From Lama glama (lineage: Eukaryota), in NCBI GenBank assembly GCA_028534125.1, contig CM052817.1, positions 16,556,001-16,620,000 of the forward strand: a stretch of 64,000 bases of DNA. The letters run 5' to 3'. Below the pieces are notes generated by a model, which saw nothing but the letters and a program-made list of their open reading frames with translations, was not told where the DNA came from and did not search any database. Numbering within the stretch: position 1 is the stretch's first letter; every line of letters begins with the position of its first letter. A program made the position numbers and the translations under genes. Below are positions 40,171-52,600 of this stretch, piece after piece.

Positions 40171-40721
40171 TCTGCCCCTCCCCTGTGATGATGTCCTTGT
40201 TCACCCACTCTTGACCACCGCTCTGTGCATTTCCAAAATAGCTCCTGACAATCATGTAGATGATTTGGGAAAATCATCTACGTGGGTTCACACATGTCCA
40301 TGGAAGAGGGTCTCTCCACATTTCTTGGCAAAATAATCATATTCACTGGGATTTTGGGAGATGGGACAACAGACTTCTTTTTCTAAGCTAAGAGAGATAA
40401 TGCTAAGTTGTTCCTTAACTTCTCTTTCTCTTGTTTTCTCTCTGTGTAAAAACAGAAACACTACTACCCCTGTGGGGTTAAACAGCAAAATCCCTGAGCT
40501 TAAGGGTTGATAGTGCTGGCTGGGGAGAGGGGTGAGAGTTATTGCTTAATTCCGCTGCACTGGACAGCCCCCTAAATTTTAGAGAGTCAGTGATGCCTCT
40601 CTAAAGGGATTTTTCAAGCAATCCTCAAACCGAAAGCTTTTCTTTTCCTGTCAAAAGTCAGGGCAGACAACAAAACTGCTCCTATTCCCTCAGTGAAGAT
40701 TGGAGCTTGTGCTCAGAACAG

Positions 40722-42565
40722 AGATTTCTGTATGTTAATCTTGCATCCTGGTACCTTGCTGAATTTGTTTCTCTGTTCTAGTAGTTTATGTGTGGACTAT
40801 TTAGGGTTTTCTATATATAGTAACATGTCATCTGCATATAGTGACAATTTTACCTCTTCCTTTCCAATTTGGATCCCTTTTATTTCTTTTTCTTACCTTA
40901 TTGCCATGGCTAAGACTTCCAATACTATGTTGAATAGACATGATAAGAGTGGGCATTCTTGTCTTGTTTCAGATTTTAGTGGGAAGGCTTCCAACTTTTC
41001 ACTGTTGAGCATTATGTTGGCTGTGGGTTTGTCATAAATAGCTTTTGTTATGTTGAAATATGTTCCCTCTACAACCACTTTGGTAAGAGTTTTTATCAAG
41101 AATGGGTGCTGAATTTTATCAAATGTTTTTTCTACATCTATTGAGATGATCATGTGATTTTTGCCCTTTCTGTTGTTAATGTGGTGCATCATGTTGACAG
41201 ATTTGCATATGTTGAACCATCCTTGTGACCATGGGATGAATCCAACTTGATTATGGTGTATGAGCTGAGAGCTATAAAACACTGATAAAGGAAACTGAAG
41301 ATGATTTAAAGAAATGGAAAGATATTCCATGTTCTTGGATTGGAAGAATTAATATTGTTAAAATGGCTGTACTACCCAAATCAATCTACAGGTTACCTAT
41401 AAAACTACCTATGACATTTTTCACAGAACTAGAGAAGATAATTCTACAATTTATATGGAATCACAAAAGACCCAGAATTTCCAAAGCAATACTGAGGAAA
41501 AAGAACAAAGCTGGAGGAATAACATTCCCAGACTTCAGGCAATACTATAAAGCTACAGTATGTAAAACAGCATGGTACTGGCACAAAAACAGACATATGG
41601 ATCAATGGAACAGAATAGAAAGCCGAGAAATAAACCCACACACCTGTGGTAAGTGAATCTTTCACAAAGGAGGCAAGAATGTACAATGGAGTAAAGACAG
41701 TCTCTTTGGCAAGTAGTGTTTTGGGAAAGCTGGACAGCCGCATGAATATCAATGAAGTCAGAACACTCTCACACCACACACAAAAATAAACTCAAAATGG
41801 CTTAAAGACTTATATATGAGACAGGACACCATAAATCTCCTAGAAGAGAAAATAGACAAAACATTCTCTGACATAAGTCATAGCAATGTCCTAGGTCAGT
41901 CTCTGAAGGCAACAGATATAAAAGCAAAAATAAGCAAACGAGACCCTATCAAACATAAACTTTTGCACAGCAAAGGAAACCATAAACAAAATGAAAAGAC
42001 AACCTATGGCCTGGGAGAAAATATTTGGGAACAACACTGCTGATAAAGGCTTAATTTCCAAAATATACAATAGTTTATACAACTCAATATCAAAAAAACA
42101 ACAACCCAATCAAAGAATGGGCAGAAGACCTAAACAGATATTTTTCCAGTGAAGACATACAAATGGCCAACAGGCACATGAAAAGATGCTCAATATCGCC
42201 AATTATCAGAGAAATGCAAACCAAAACTACAATGAGGTATCACCGCACACCAGTGAGAATGACCATCATTTAAAAGTCCACAAAAAGTAAATGCTGGAAA
42301 GGGTGTGGAGGAAAAGGAACCCTCCTACACTGTTGGTGGGAATGTAAATTGGTGCATCCACTATGGAAAACAGTGTGAAGATTCTTTAAAAAACTAAAAA
42401 TAAAGTCACCATATGATCCAGCAGTCCTAATCCTGGGCATGTATCTGGAGAAAACTCTAATTCAAAAAGATACATGGACCTCAATGTTCATAGCAGCACT
42501 ATTTACAATAACCAATACATGGAAGCAACCTAAATGTTCATTGACAGATGATGAGATAAAGAAGT

Positions 42566-42599
<34 letters not shown>

Positions 42600-43055
42600 A
42601 AATGAATACTACTCACCATAAAAAAGAATGAAATAATGCCATTTGCAGCAACATGGAGGGACATAGAGATTATCATATTAGGTGAAGTAAGTCAGACAGG
42701 GAAAGACAAATATTATATGATATCACTTATATGTGGAATCTAAAAAATGATACAAATGAATTTATTTACAAAACAGAAATAGACTCACAGGCATAGAAAA
42801 CGAACTTATGGTTACCAAAGGGGAAAGGTGGTGGGGAGGGATAAATTAGGAGTTTGGGATTAGCAGATACAAACCACTACATATAAAATAGAAAAGGAAC
42901 AAAAGACAAATATCTGAAAGGGAACTACATTCAATATCTTGTAATAACCTATAATGAAAAAGAATATATATGTATAACTGAATCACTATGCTGCACACCA
43001 GAAACTAACACAGCACTGTAAATCAACTATACTTAAAGAAAATAAGGAATAAAAA
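40722..43055 (+). mobile_element. 5'-inverted (twin-primed) L1, ~2.3 kb
   Basis: 40722-41263 encodes ORF2 RT on the minus strand ([26 protein letters not shown]); from 41264 ORF2 runs on the plus strand ([36 protein letters not shown]) through the 3'UTR and A-tail; imperfect TSD AGAACA(CA)GAG. Confidence 0.92.
42567..42596. repeat. (GT)15 microsatellite inside L1
   Basis: Directly visible. Confidence 0.98.
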
Positions 43056-46000
43056 GAACACAGAGAGGTAGATTGGCAGAAAATAACCACAAGGCTTTGA
43101 TAGAAAGAAAGCAAAACAAAGAATTTTGAGAACACATTGAAGGAGCATTTACACAGACCTGTGCAGTAGCCTTAACATTAGGAAAGCTAAAGTTTCAGAA
43201 GTATTGTTGACAAGACTTTTTTGATTGACTTTAGAAAACTTATATTGAATGAATAAATGGATGGATCACTGGACGTCCTTGATGGGCGCAGAGTACAATT
43301 TGCCCACCAGCTCTGCTAAAGGGAAACAACCATTTGACGCTGTCTGTGAATGGTGCAGAACCAGGATGATGATTGAGGTGCAACATTTCCTTCAGCTGCA
43401 ACTGGTTAAGGCTTATATCACTCCCTCCAGGTAAGGAGTATGCAAGACTTTGTTGTTGTGTTTCTAGTCTGGCGCTTCTTTATTCACGTTTAAGCTAACT
43501 GTAAGCAGTTAATTCCATGGGATGAGCTTGGCCCTTCTCATTTAATCTTGCTATCTTTATAAAATCCCAAATTAAAGAACTTCCTTAGTTCCTTAAAGAA
43601 CTAAAGAAAAATATCTGAACTAGTGGTGCAGTCATTTAGAGACACCTACCTAATAAACATTTTTTCCTTCTTGATAAGGAAAACTCCATTCTGTTAGGGT
43701 AGCTGTGAGACTAAGAACGCTTGCTTGTCAGATTCCCATGAATCTAGGGATGCCCTGCGATACATTTCTGCCATGAGACATAAATGGACAGCATCTGGGA
43801 TATAGGGTGCTGCTACTGCCCCCGCTGTCCTGAGTGAGAAGCACATCTGGAGGTATAAAAGCCAGCTCGCAGCAATGAGGCAACATGCGTGAGGTCAGAG
43901 GTCTATACACTGATGACGGCGGATAGGAAAGATGCAAATGCCCTAAACCCCAATGGTATAACGGAGCTGGGAACTTGCTGTTCCATGAGACTAATATCTA
44001 GACGTTTAAGCAATTTTAAAATCATATTTTCAGCCAAAAGCATTCCTGGCAGTTCCTCTTAGGCTAATCTGATTGAAAACTGTAGTCCGGGTTCTAGTGC
44101 CCATAGTAAGTAAGGGGGAAAGCATTCCTAACTGAACATTGCCTGAATAAAGGTGAATTCCTTACAGGGTATGGTACATTGTATTAGTTTCAGCTACAAA
44201 TAAAAGAAACCCCTGGCTTGCACTAACTTATATAACAAATCGCAGACTGGGAAGTCCAGAGGTAAAAATGATGCAGAAGCAGAACCATCAGGGTCCAGAT
44301 AATTCCGCCTCTCTGCTTGGCCATTCCTGGAGGACCTCACATGCTAGTTGAACTAGATTAATCAGAAACTTTCCTAGGTGACCCACTGAATCCTGCTGGC
44401 TAGAGTTGGATCCTTGAACAAAATGTATTCCCGTCAGAAAGGAAAAGCAGGGATTGATAATCACAGCAAACCCAAAGTGTCCACAAACACATGTTACATA
44501 AGCACTTTGTAAAATGTGGAAAGCCCCGAAGTACGAAATGATGATGATTCTACCAGCCCAGTGCCAACACTGGTTTGAACACTTTCTGTTGCCATTTGAA
44601 AAAAAGAGGGCTTGTTTTCTTGTCCATTCAGTTAACATTTATGGCTTCCAACTGAATGGGCTGATTCATTCATCCCATTTGACTAGCCTCATAACAGGAA
44701 GTAATGAAAGTATCCCAAGGGACCAAATAGCCCTCTTGTAAAACTGGAATATTTGAAGAAAAATAATCCCCTCTTTTCTTCCTCCCATCTAAGCCACCTT
44801 CACTGGTGATGCTGAAGTGAACCCAAACTCTGTTTAAATGAAAAGAAAGAGATTCCAAAGTCTGTTCAATAACAAGACAAAGTCATGGATGTTTATTAGA
44901 AATAGTCTTTTTTTTTCAGTGTGGTGCTCATGTTCTTAGGAATTTTAAGAACCAGCGCCTCATCAGGAATAGATGTGAAAACTGAGTGACAGGATCGTGT
45001 GGTGTGTAGGCAGCTTCACAGGAGTTCATTTCCCCCAGAACACTAATCTGCTTGTGCATAGCCCACTGTGGTACTCAGTGTGGCATACATCGGGGAGAAA
45101 AATTCGTAGGGCCAGGAACCACCTGCTAGATGTACAGAATTCTGACAAACCAGAGCGGCACCTGTGTTTTCCTTTGGGGAACTATGTCTTCCTCTCTCTC
45201 CCCCATATGGTTCTGGTGGTGCTGACCCTGCTCCTGGCTGTAGGGGGTGGAACTAAGGCACAGTATAGTATTCCATCCTCACTGATGCATTGCCTGGTTC
45301 AGATACGGGAACAGGATCCAAATACCCCTGTGAGACTCAACTTGTGATTATTATTAGACTTGTGATAATTATTAGAGCTACTAGAATATAAGATTCTGCT
45401 TTTTCAGTTACATGAGCCCATAAAATCCCGTTTGCTGAAGTTGGCATGAGTTGTATTTCTATCACTTGTAACTGAAGGAGATGTAGCTAATACAGAAACA
45501 TAGGTACCAGTATTGAGTCTTAAAGAGGAGGAAGGGCTACCTGCGGTGAGACAGAGAAATTCATTTTATACTCACAAGTCTCCCCATACTGATCATGATA
45601 GCTTTGTGTGTTCCCTAGCCCAATTTAGAAAATGAGTAATCCTCAAAAAAAAAAAAAAAGTGATAAAATGACAGAGTGCAGTGGTTACTGTATGCTAAGC
45701 ACTATGCTGGTTATTTTTACACACATTTCTCCTTTAATCCTTACACAATGACTGTCCCTGTTTTCACATGGGAGAACCCTAAGAATCGGAGTGCATAAAG
45801 GCTCTGAGTCAGTGCCTGGTTTAGTTAACCCGAGGTCGGGAGCAACACTCACCACTCGAGGTCTCCATCAGAGACCAGGGCGGAAGGTATGTCTAACAGT
45901 TGCTTCCAGGGATTGATTAGTTCCTCAACAAGACAACCATTCGGCAATCAATAGGAAAGCCTTCTCTTTTTACTCTAAAATCCTTACTTTTTAGAGGTTT

Positions 46001-46169
46001 GATCTTAAACTCTCTGAGGCTGAATTTTAAGGACCAACAACATAAACTCCAGCTCTATTTAGATGACTTTGTCTGGAAAGAATTTGAACTTGAGATTATT
46101 CTCATACCAGTGAGGTCAGCCCAATAGCTGCCAACCTGGTCATTCTGCTAATGTTTACAAATGCCTTTG

Positions 46170-49100
46170 CTTTTCAAATTTATTGAAGTACAATTTATAA
46201 GCAATAAAATGCGTGTTCTTTGACAAATATAAACCCTCATGCAAGCATCCCACATTCAATGTATCCACTTCCATCTCCCCAGAAAGATGTTTTATGTCCC
46301 TCTGCAGCTAACTCTCACACACACCCACACCCAATGCTCCTTCACCTCCCTTCTAGGAAACCATTGTTCTGATTTCTATGACAATAGATTAGTTAACCTG
46401 TCCTAGAACTTCATTTGAATAGAATCATATGATGCGTATTATTTTGTGTCTGGCTTCTTTCATTCAGGGTAATATTGTTGACATCCATCCATATTGTATG
46501 TACCAGCAGTTTATCCCAGTGGAACAATTATGAATAAAGCTCCTCTGTATATTCTTGTATAAGTCTTTTTGTGAACATATACTTTCATTTCTCTTGAGTA
46601 AATATCTCTGTAATGAAATTATTGGATCACATGTTAAATATATATTTAACCCTATAAGAAACTTCTAAAGAGTTTTCCAACGTGGTTGTACCATTTTACA
46701 CTTTCACCGATAATGTTTGAGAGTTCTAGCTACTCCACATCCTCACCAACATTTACATTGTCAGTCTTTATATTTTTAGCCAAGCACATGATGTACAGTG
46801 ATGTTCAATTGTAGTTTTGTTTTCCTGATGACCAGAGAAGATTCTTATTGGCCATTTGTATTGAAGCAGTGGTTAAATTCTTCGATCAATTTTTAAAAAT
46901 TGGGTTATCTTTTTTCTTACTATTTCATCGTAAGAATTCTTTATGTATTCTGGATATAAGTCCTTTGACAGATGTGTATTAGTAATATTTTTTTCTGGTT
47001 GGTGGTTTGCCCTTTCAGTTTTGCAAAGATGTATTTGAAGAGCAAAAATTTTTACTTGTGATGAAATCCAATTTGGCCATTTTTTTTATGATTTATGCTT
47101 TTTTGTTCTACTAAGCAATCGTTACCTACTTGAAGGTCACAAAGATTTATCTCTAACACTCGATTAATAGAGGTTTCTAATAGGTCTTGAAGTCAGGTAG
47201 CATGTCCTCTGACTTTTTTCCCCCCCAAATTATTTTAGCTATTCTAGATCCATTGCTTTTCCACATACATAGTAGAATCACCTCTTCAATTTCTACAAAA
47301 AAAATCTGCAGGACTTATGACCAGAATTGAATTGAATTTGAAATAACTGACATCTTAACAATACTGAATTTTGTATCCATGAATGTGAAGTAACTGTATA
47401 TTTAGATTTACTTTAATATCTCTCAGAAGTATTTTGTATTTTTGTATGTTTTGTACATTTTAAGGGTTGATGTATTAAAATATTTTTATAAATTTATTAC
47501 TAAATATTTTATTCTCTTTGATGCTACTATAAATGGTATTTATTTCATTTTCAAAGGTTTGTTGCCAGTATGTAAAAAGCCAATTGATCTTTATTTACTG
47601 ACTTTGCATATGTGACCTGGTTAAAATCTCTTACTATTTATAGCAATGTTTTAAAAAATAGTTCTTAGAATTTTCTATCAGGTTGATCATGATGCTTGTA
47701 TAACATTTATTTCCTCCTCAATATTCATGCTTTTTTCTTGTCTTATTACACTGGCAAGGACTTCCAGTACTTTATTGAATGGAGGTGGGAAGACCAGATA
47801 TCCTTGTCTTGTTCCTAATCTTAAGTGGAAAGCAATCAATATTTCTCTATTACCTGTGCTATTAATCTGTAGGTTTTTCATAGCCTTTATTGAAGGTTGC
47901 CCTCTATTCCTCATTTGATAAGACTTCTTATCATGAATAGGGGTTGGATTTTGTCAGATACTTTTTCTTCCCCTGTGGAGATAATCATGTGATTTTTCTC
48001 CCTTACTCTGTTAATGTGGTGAATTGCATAAATGACTTTTCAAGTGTTAAACCACTCTTGCATTTCTGAGATAAATTCTACTTGGTCATGATATATCTTC
48101 CATATCATATGTCTTCTGGATTTGTTTTGCTAATATTTTGTTGAGGAATTTTTCTCTATGTTCATGAGGGACATTGGTCTATCACGATTTTGGTTTCAGG
48201 GTTATGCTAGTCTCAAAAATAGATAAACAAGATTACACTGTATAGCACAGGGAAATATACACAAAATGTTATGATAACTCACAGAGAAAAAAATGTGACA
48301 ATGAGTGTGTATATGTCCATGAATGACTGAAAAATTGTGCTGAACACTGGAATTTGACACAACATTGTAAAATGATTATAAATCAATAAAAATGTTAAAA
48401 AATAAAAATAAAAAGGACAGTGGAGAAAACCAGAAAAAAAAATAAATTGAGAAGAATTTTCTCCTCTGTTTTCTGAACCCATGTGGGCCTACACTTTTCT
48501 TTGTGGGAAGGATATTTTAAATTACAAAATAGATTTTTTAAAAAAATGTATAGGGCCTTTTAAACTAATTTTTCTTGTGTCATTTGTGGTAAGTTGTGTT
48601 TTTCAAGAATTTTTCCAATTTCTCTCAGTTATTGAATTTATAAACATAAATTTGTTCAAACTATTTACTTATCCTTTTGATAATTATAGAATATGAAATG
48701 ATATTCCCTCTTTGATTTCTATCTCTTTTTAAATTAGTCTTACTAGAACTTAGTTAATTTTATTAATCTTTCCAAAATATCTACTTTTGACTTTTTAAAC
48801 TTTCTGTAAGGTTGATCTGTTTTCAATTTCATTGATTTATATTATTTATTATTTCTTTCCTTCTATTTACATTGCTGTGATTTTTTTCTAGCTTCTTAAC
48901 ATTCAAAACTTTCTATTTTTCTAATATAGGCATTTAAATTTATATATTTTCCTCTAATAACTGCTTTGGCTGCATTCCACAAATTTTGATATGTTGTTTT
49001 CATTATGATTCACTTAGAAATATTTTCTAATTTCCCTTACGGTTTCTTCTTTGACTCAATGATTATTTAGTGCGCATTATTTAATTTCCATATATTTGGA

Positions 49101-49695
49101 GATTTTCTAGATATCTCATTGTTATGGACTTCTATTTTTATTTCATTGCAATCAGAGAATATAGTCTATAAGGCTTTAACCTTTTTAAATTTAATGAAAC
49201 CAGGATAGACTTGCATATGATATATCTTGGTGCATATTTCATGTTATCCTGAAAAGAACATTTATTCTGCAATTGTTGGGAAAATATAATTTCAGCCATG
49301 TTGGTTGATAGTGTTCTAATAACCTATATGACAACGATTTTGTCTATGTCTTCTCTCAATCAATAAGAGAGTATGTTAAAAATGTTCAACAATGATTATG
49401 GATTTATTTATTTCTCTCTTTAGGCAAGTTTTTGTTAACATATTCCAATGCTTTGTTATTGGGCATATAAACATTTAAGATTATTGTCTTCCTGGTAAAT
49501 GTGCCTTTTATCATTATGAAATGTCCAGTTGTTGTGATTATCTATAGCAGTCATCTTTGTCTTGACATCTACTTTGTCTGATATTACTATAATCATGCTC
49601 ATCTTATGTTATGGTTTGCATGGTAAATCTTCTTTCCTTTTACTGCCAGTTTATCTGTATCTTTATATTTGATATGTATCTCTTACAAGCAGCAA
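46170..49695 (-). mobile_element. Old L1 (L1M-type), antisense
   Basis: Antisense L1 3'UTR/ORF2 motifs; ORF 47687-47914 gives LGTRQGY...FNKVLEVLASVIRQEK. Confidence 0.85.
48215..48442 (+). mobile_element. Young camelid-type L1 3' end inserted in the old L1
   Basis: CTGTATAGCACAGGGAAATATAC...GACTGAAAAATTGTGCTGAACACTGGAATTTGACACAACATTGTAAAATGATTATAAATCAATAAAAA plus A-tail; opposite orientation to the host. Confidence 0.85.
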
Positions 49696-52600
49696 ATAAC
49701 ACTACTGAGCTATCCCTCAAAAATGACAGATATCATATAAAAATATGAATCTTTGGCCTCTCTTGAGAAATAGAAGATCTGGTAAGAATAGGCAGCTTTC
49801 TCATGTGGCAACATCCGGCTGAGCAGCTGCCGCCCCCTCTGGATTTAGCATGTTCTCTCTAGTCCCCTCTCTTCTCTATTGTTTCCAAGACACTGGGGCT
49901 GAGTTGCCATTTCTCAATGAGCTGTTGTTGTCTTTCCCATAGAACAGAAATATTTCTTCAGGCAAATATCTCCACTAAAATATGAAGATGAAATGTAGAT
50001 AGGAAAGTTGAGAGTTTAAAGATGAAATAAAGACAACACATACGTGGCCCACTTTATTCATTATGTGACCTGTCTGGTTCTCATGGGCGTTTGCATTTTC
50101 AATCCCTGTTACAGTAAATATTCAAATTCTGTTGGAGACACTGTAACTTTGAGGGTTAGAATTCAAAAGAGAGGATGGTTTCAGCCTAAGTACAGGCATT
50201 TCCTTTTACAAATGGCTGTTCTTTCTTTGTAAGACATCTTAAAAACAATTTCAAGACTATATTAGTACTTATATAATAAATACATGCTCACAAATGAGAA
50301 GATAACTTTATTCTGATCAATAATACCCAACCAGAACAATGCTCTGATTATTAGAATACATCTCCATAAGTAAAATAAAGTAGTTTGGCCAATAGTTAGA
50401 TCCTATCTTTTATGCCCTGGCTTTGGAGGGAAATAGGCCAACAGGAGATAAACTCCTGCTTCTGATGTAAAAGTGTGGTGATGAAAGACCAGTGTGAAAA
50501 GCTTCTTATGCTAAGATGGGCAGAAGATGGAGAAACATTCAAAAAGTTCCATGTCTTGGTCCTCAGAGGAAGTCCTAAGACCCTACACAACTCTTTCTGT
50601 TTTCTCCAGGGAGGACAAGATGGAGTCCTGCACAGCTGGGCCCTGGGCCCAGAAGAACTGTGAGGAGGTTGATTGCTTTATAATATTGCTCCAAAATTCT
50701 GTGAAATGAGATTCAAAATATACTAGTAGAGCTATAACACAGGACCTTCTCATCTTCCAGATGCTGCTGCCCCTGTGGATTCACTCTCCAGGTGGCCTTG
50801 GTAGGTAATGGTGGTTTGGAGGCTGTGAAGGGAGTTGATACCCACTCCATTTGAGACCATCACTTAAGAAGGGCCAGAACCAGACTGGATTCTTTTTCTG
50901 AAAGAGAAACATGGATGCTTCTCTATTTTGTTCTGTGGGCTTCAAATTTGAGGCTTTCTGAATCCTGTCTACTTCCTAATTTCTTTTCTAAAATAGAGGC
51001 TGAGTCAGAGGACCTCTCTGTCCTCTACAGTTCCTTCTAGCATCAATTTTCTATAATCCTAGGAGGAGAGAATGTTTTATCACTTCTGTCCCTACATTCT
51101 GTTCTCTACATGTTACAGTGTTTGTGCGTCTCACCATCTTTTCTGTTAGTTTGGTCATTCTCAGGGTATGGAGAAAACGGGTGGGGACAGGCTAGCCTTC
51201 TGAGTGGGGAGAGTTTTTCTTCCTTATGGTGAGGCTGCAGGGTGTGTGTAAGAGGGGTCAGCAGGGCAAAGGTGATGAGATGGTCTATGAAGCCTCAGAA
51301 CTGGTGAGGTAGAAGGTCACCAATCTGATGGCTCAGTGACCTGGGCTCAAGTCCTTCCTCTACACCTAACAGGTGACACTGGACAAGTCAATTAACCATG
51401 GGGTCTCAGTTTTGTTATTTGTAAAATATGGCAGTGACACTGGGGAGGATTCTATGGTCACTCATATATAGATCTCTTCAAATAGATTACAAGCCACTTG
51501 AACTTAGGCTATGATTTCTACATCTTCATAGTCATGACCCCCAGTGCAGAGTCTGGCACATAATCATGTCAGTTAGGCATGAATTTGGCTGCAAGTAACC
51601 GAAACTCACTAAAAGTGAAACACATTGTGGTTATTTTCTCCTATCACAAGAAGACTAGAACTGTGCTGGTGCTGGTTAAGGTGCTCAGTGAGACACTTTC
51701 ACCCTCTTTAACTTTTAATTTAATTAATTTTTTCAATAAAGTTTTTGAGGACTTAGTTTCTTTTTACCTTTTACCCTTCATCCTGTGTATGTTGGCTTTT
51801 GTTCTCATTCTTACCATCTTATAGTCCCCAAGGTAGCTGTCACATTGCTAGGCATCAAAGTGGCATTCAAGACAAGAAGGAGAAAGAGGCAGCACCAACA
51901 ATTTCTGTCTCTTTTATAATGAAAGTAAGAGCTTTCCCCAAAGTCACATCAGGTTATGTCTCATTGGCTGTAACTGGGTCACATGACCACCACTAGCTGA
52001 AAGGGATGCTGGGAAAACAAGTGCCTGGCTTTCCAGCTCCTATAGTGGGAGGCAGGCAGCAAGAAGAGGGTAGATGTGGCCACTGGGTCAACAAATATTT
52101 TAAAACAAATATGGCTAGAAAGTAAGCTGAAAATGCTTCTCTTTCCCCAAGTGGAGTGTACCATGCAATTATTTTGAAGAAATAAGCACTTCAATGGATA
52201 TGCTTTTAAATTATTTACACTGCTATTTGGTTTTAGATGGCAAAGCAGTAATGACCTAAGTGTACTCTCACAGGTATGGGCAGAAAATGGAACCAGAGGC
52301 AGGGTCTGAGGCCATGAAGAACTGAGCTTGGAGGGATTCCACTTTGGTGTTTTCCTGAGAGAATACTTTGCACACTTTCACCTTCTGGTCAGAAAGGCAC
52401 TGCTTTCGTGTGCTACAATTGGATTTCTCCTCACATGGCCAGCCAAGTGTAACCAGTTGAGAAGTTCCTGGTTCTGACTGGTTTTCATCACCTTCTGATT
52501 CACGCACATTTGAACGGAAGGGTGACACGTTCACGGTGAATAGGAAACTTCCCAGAACATGGTGTGGACACAGAATGCAGTCTCTCTTCTTCCCTGAAGA

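Noticed and set aside
40893..42043. ORFs with reverse-transcriptase/ORF2 similarity
   Set aside because: Fragments of a truncated, inverted, frameshifted L1, not a functional gene.
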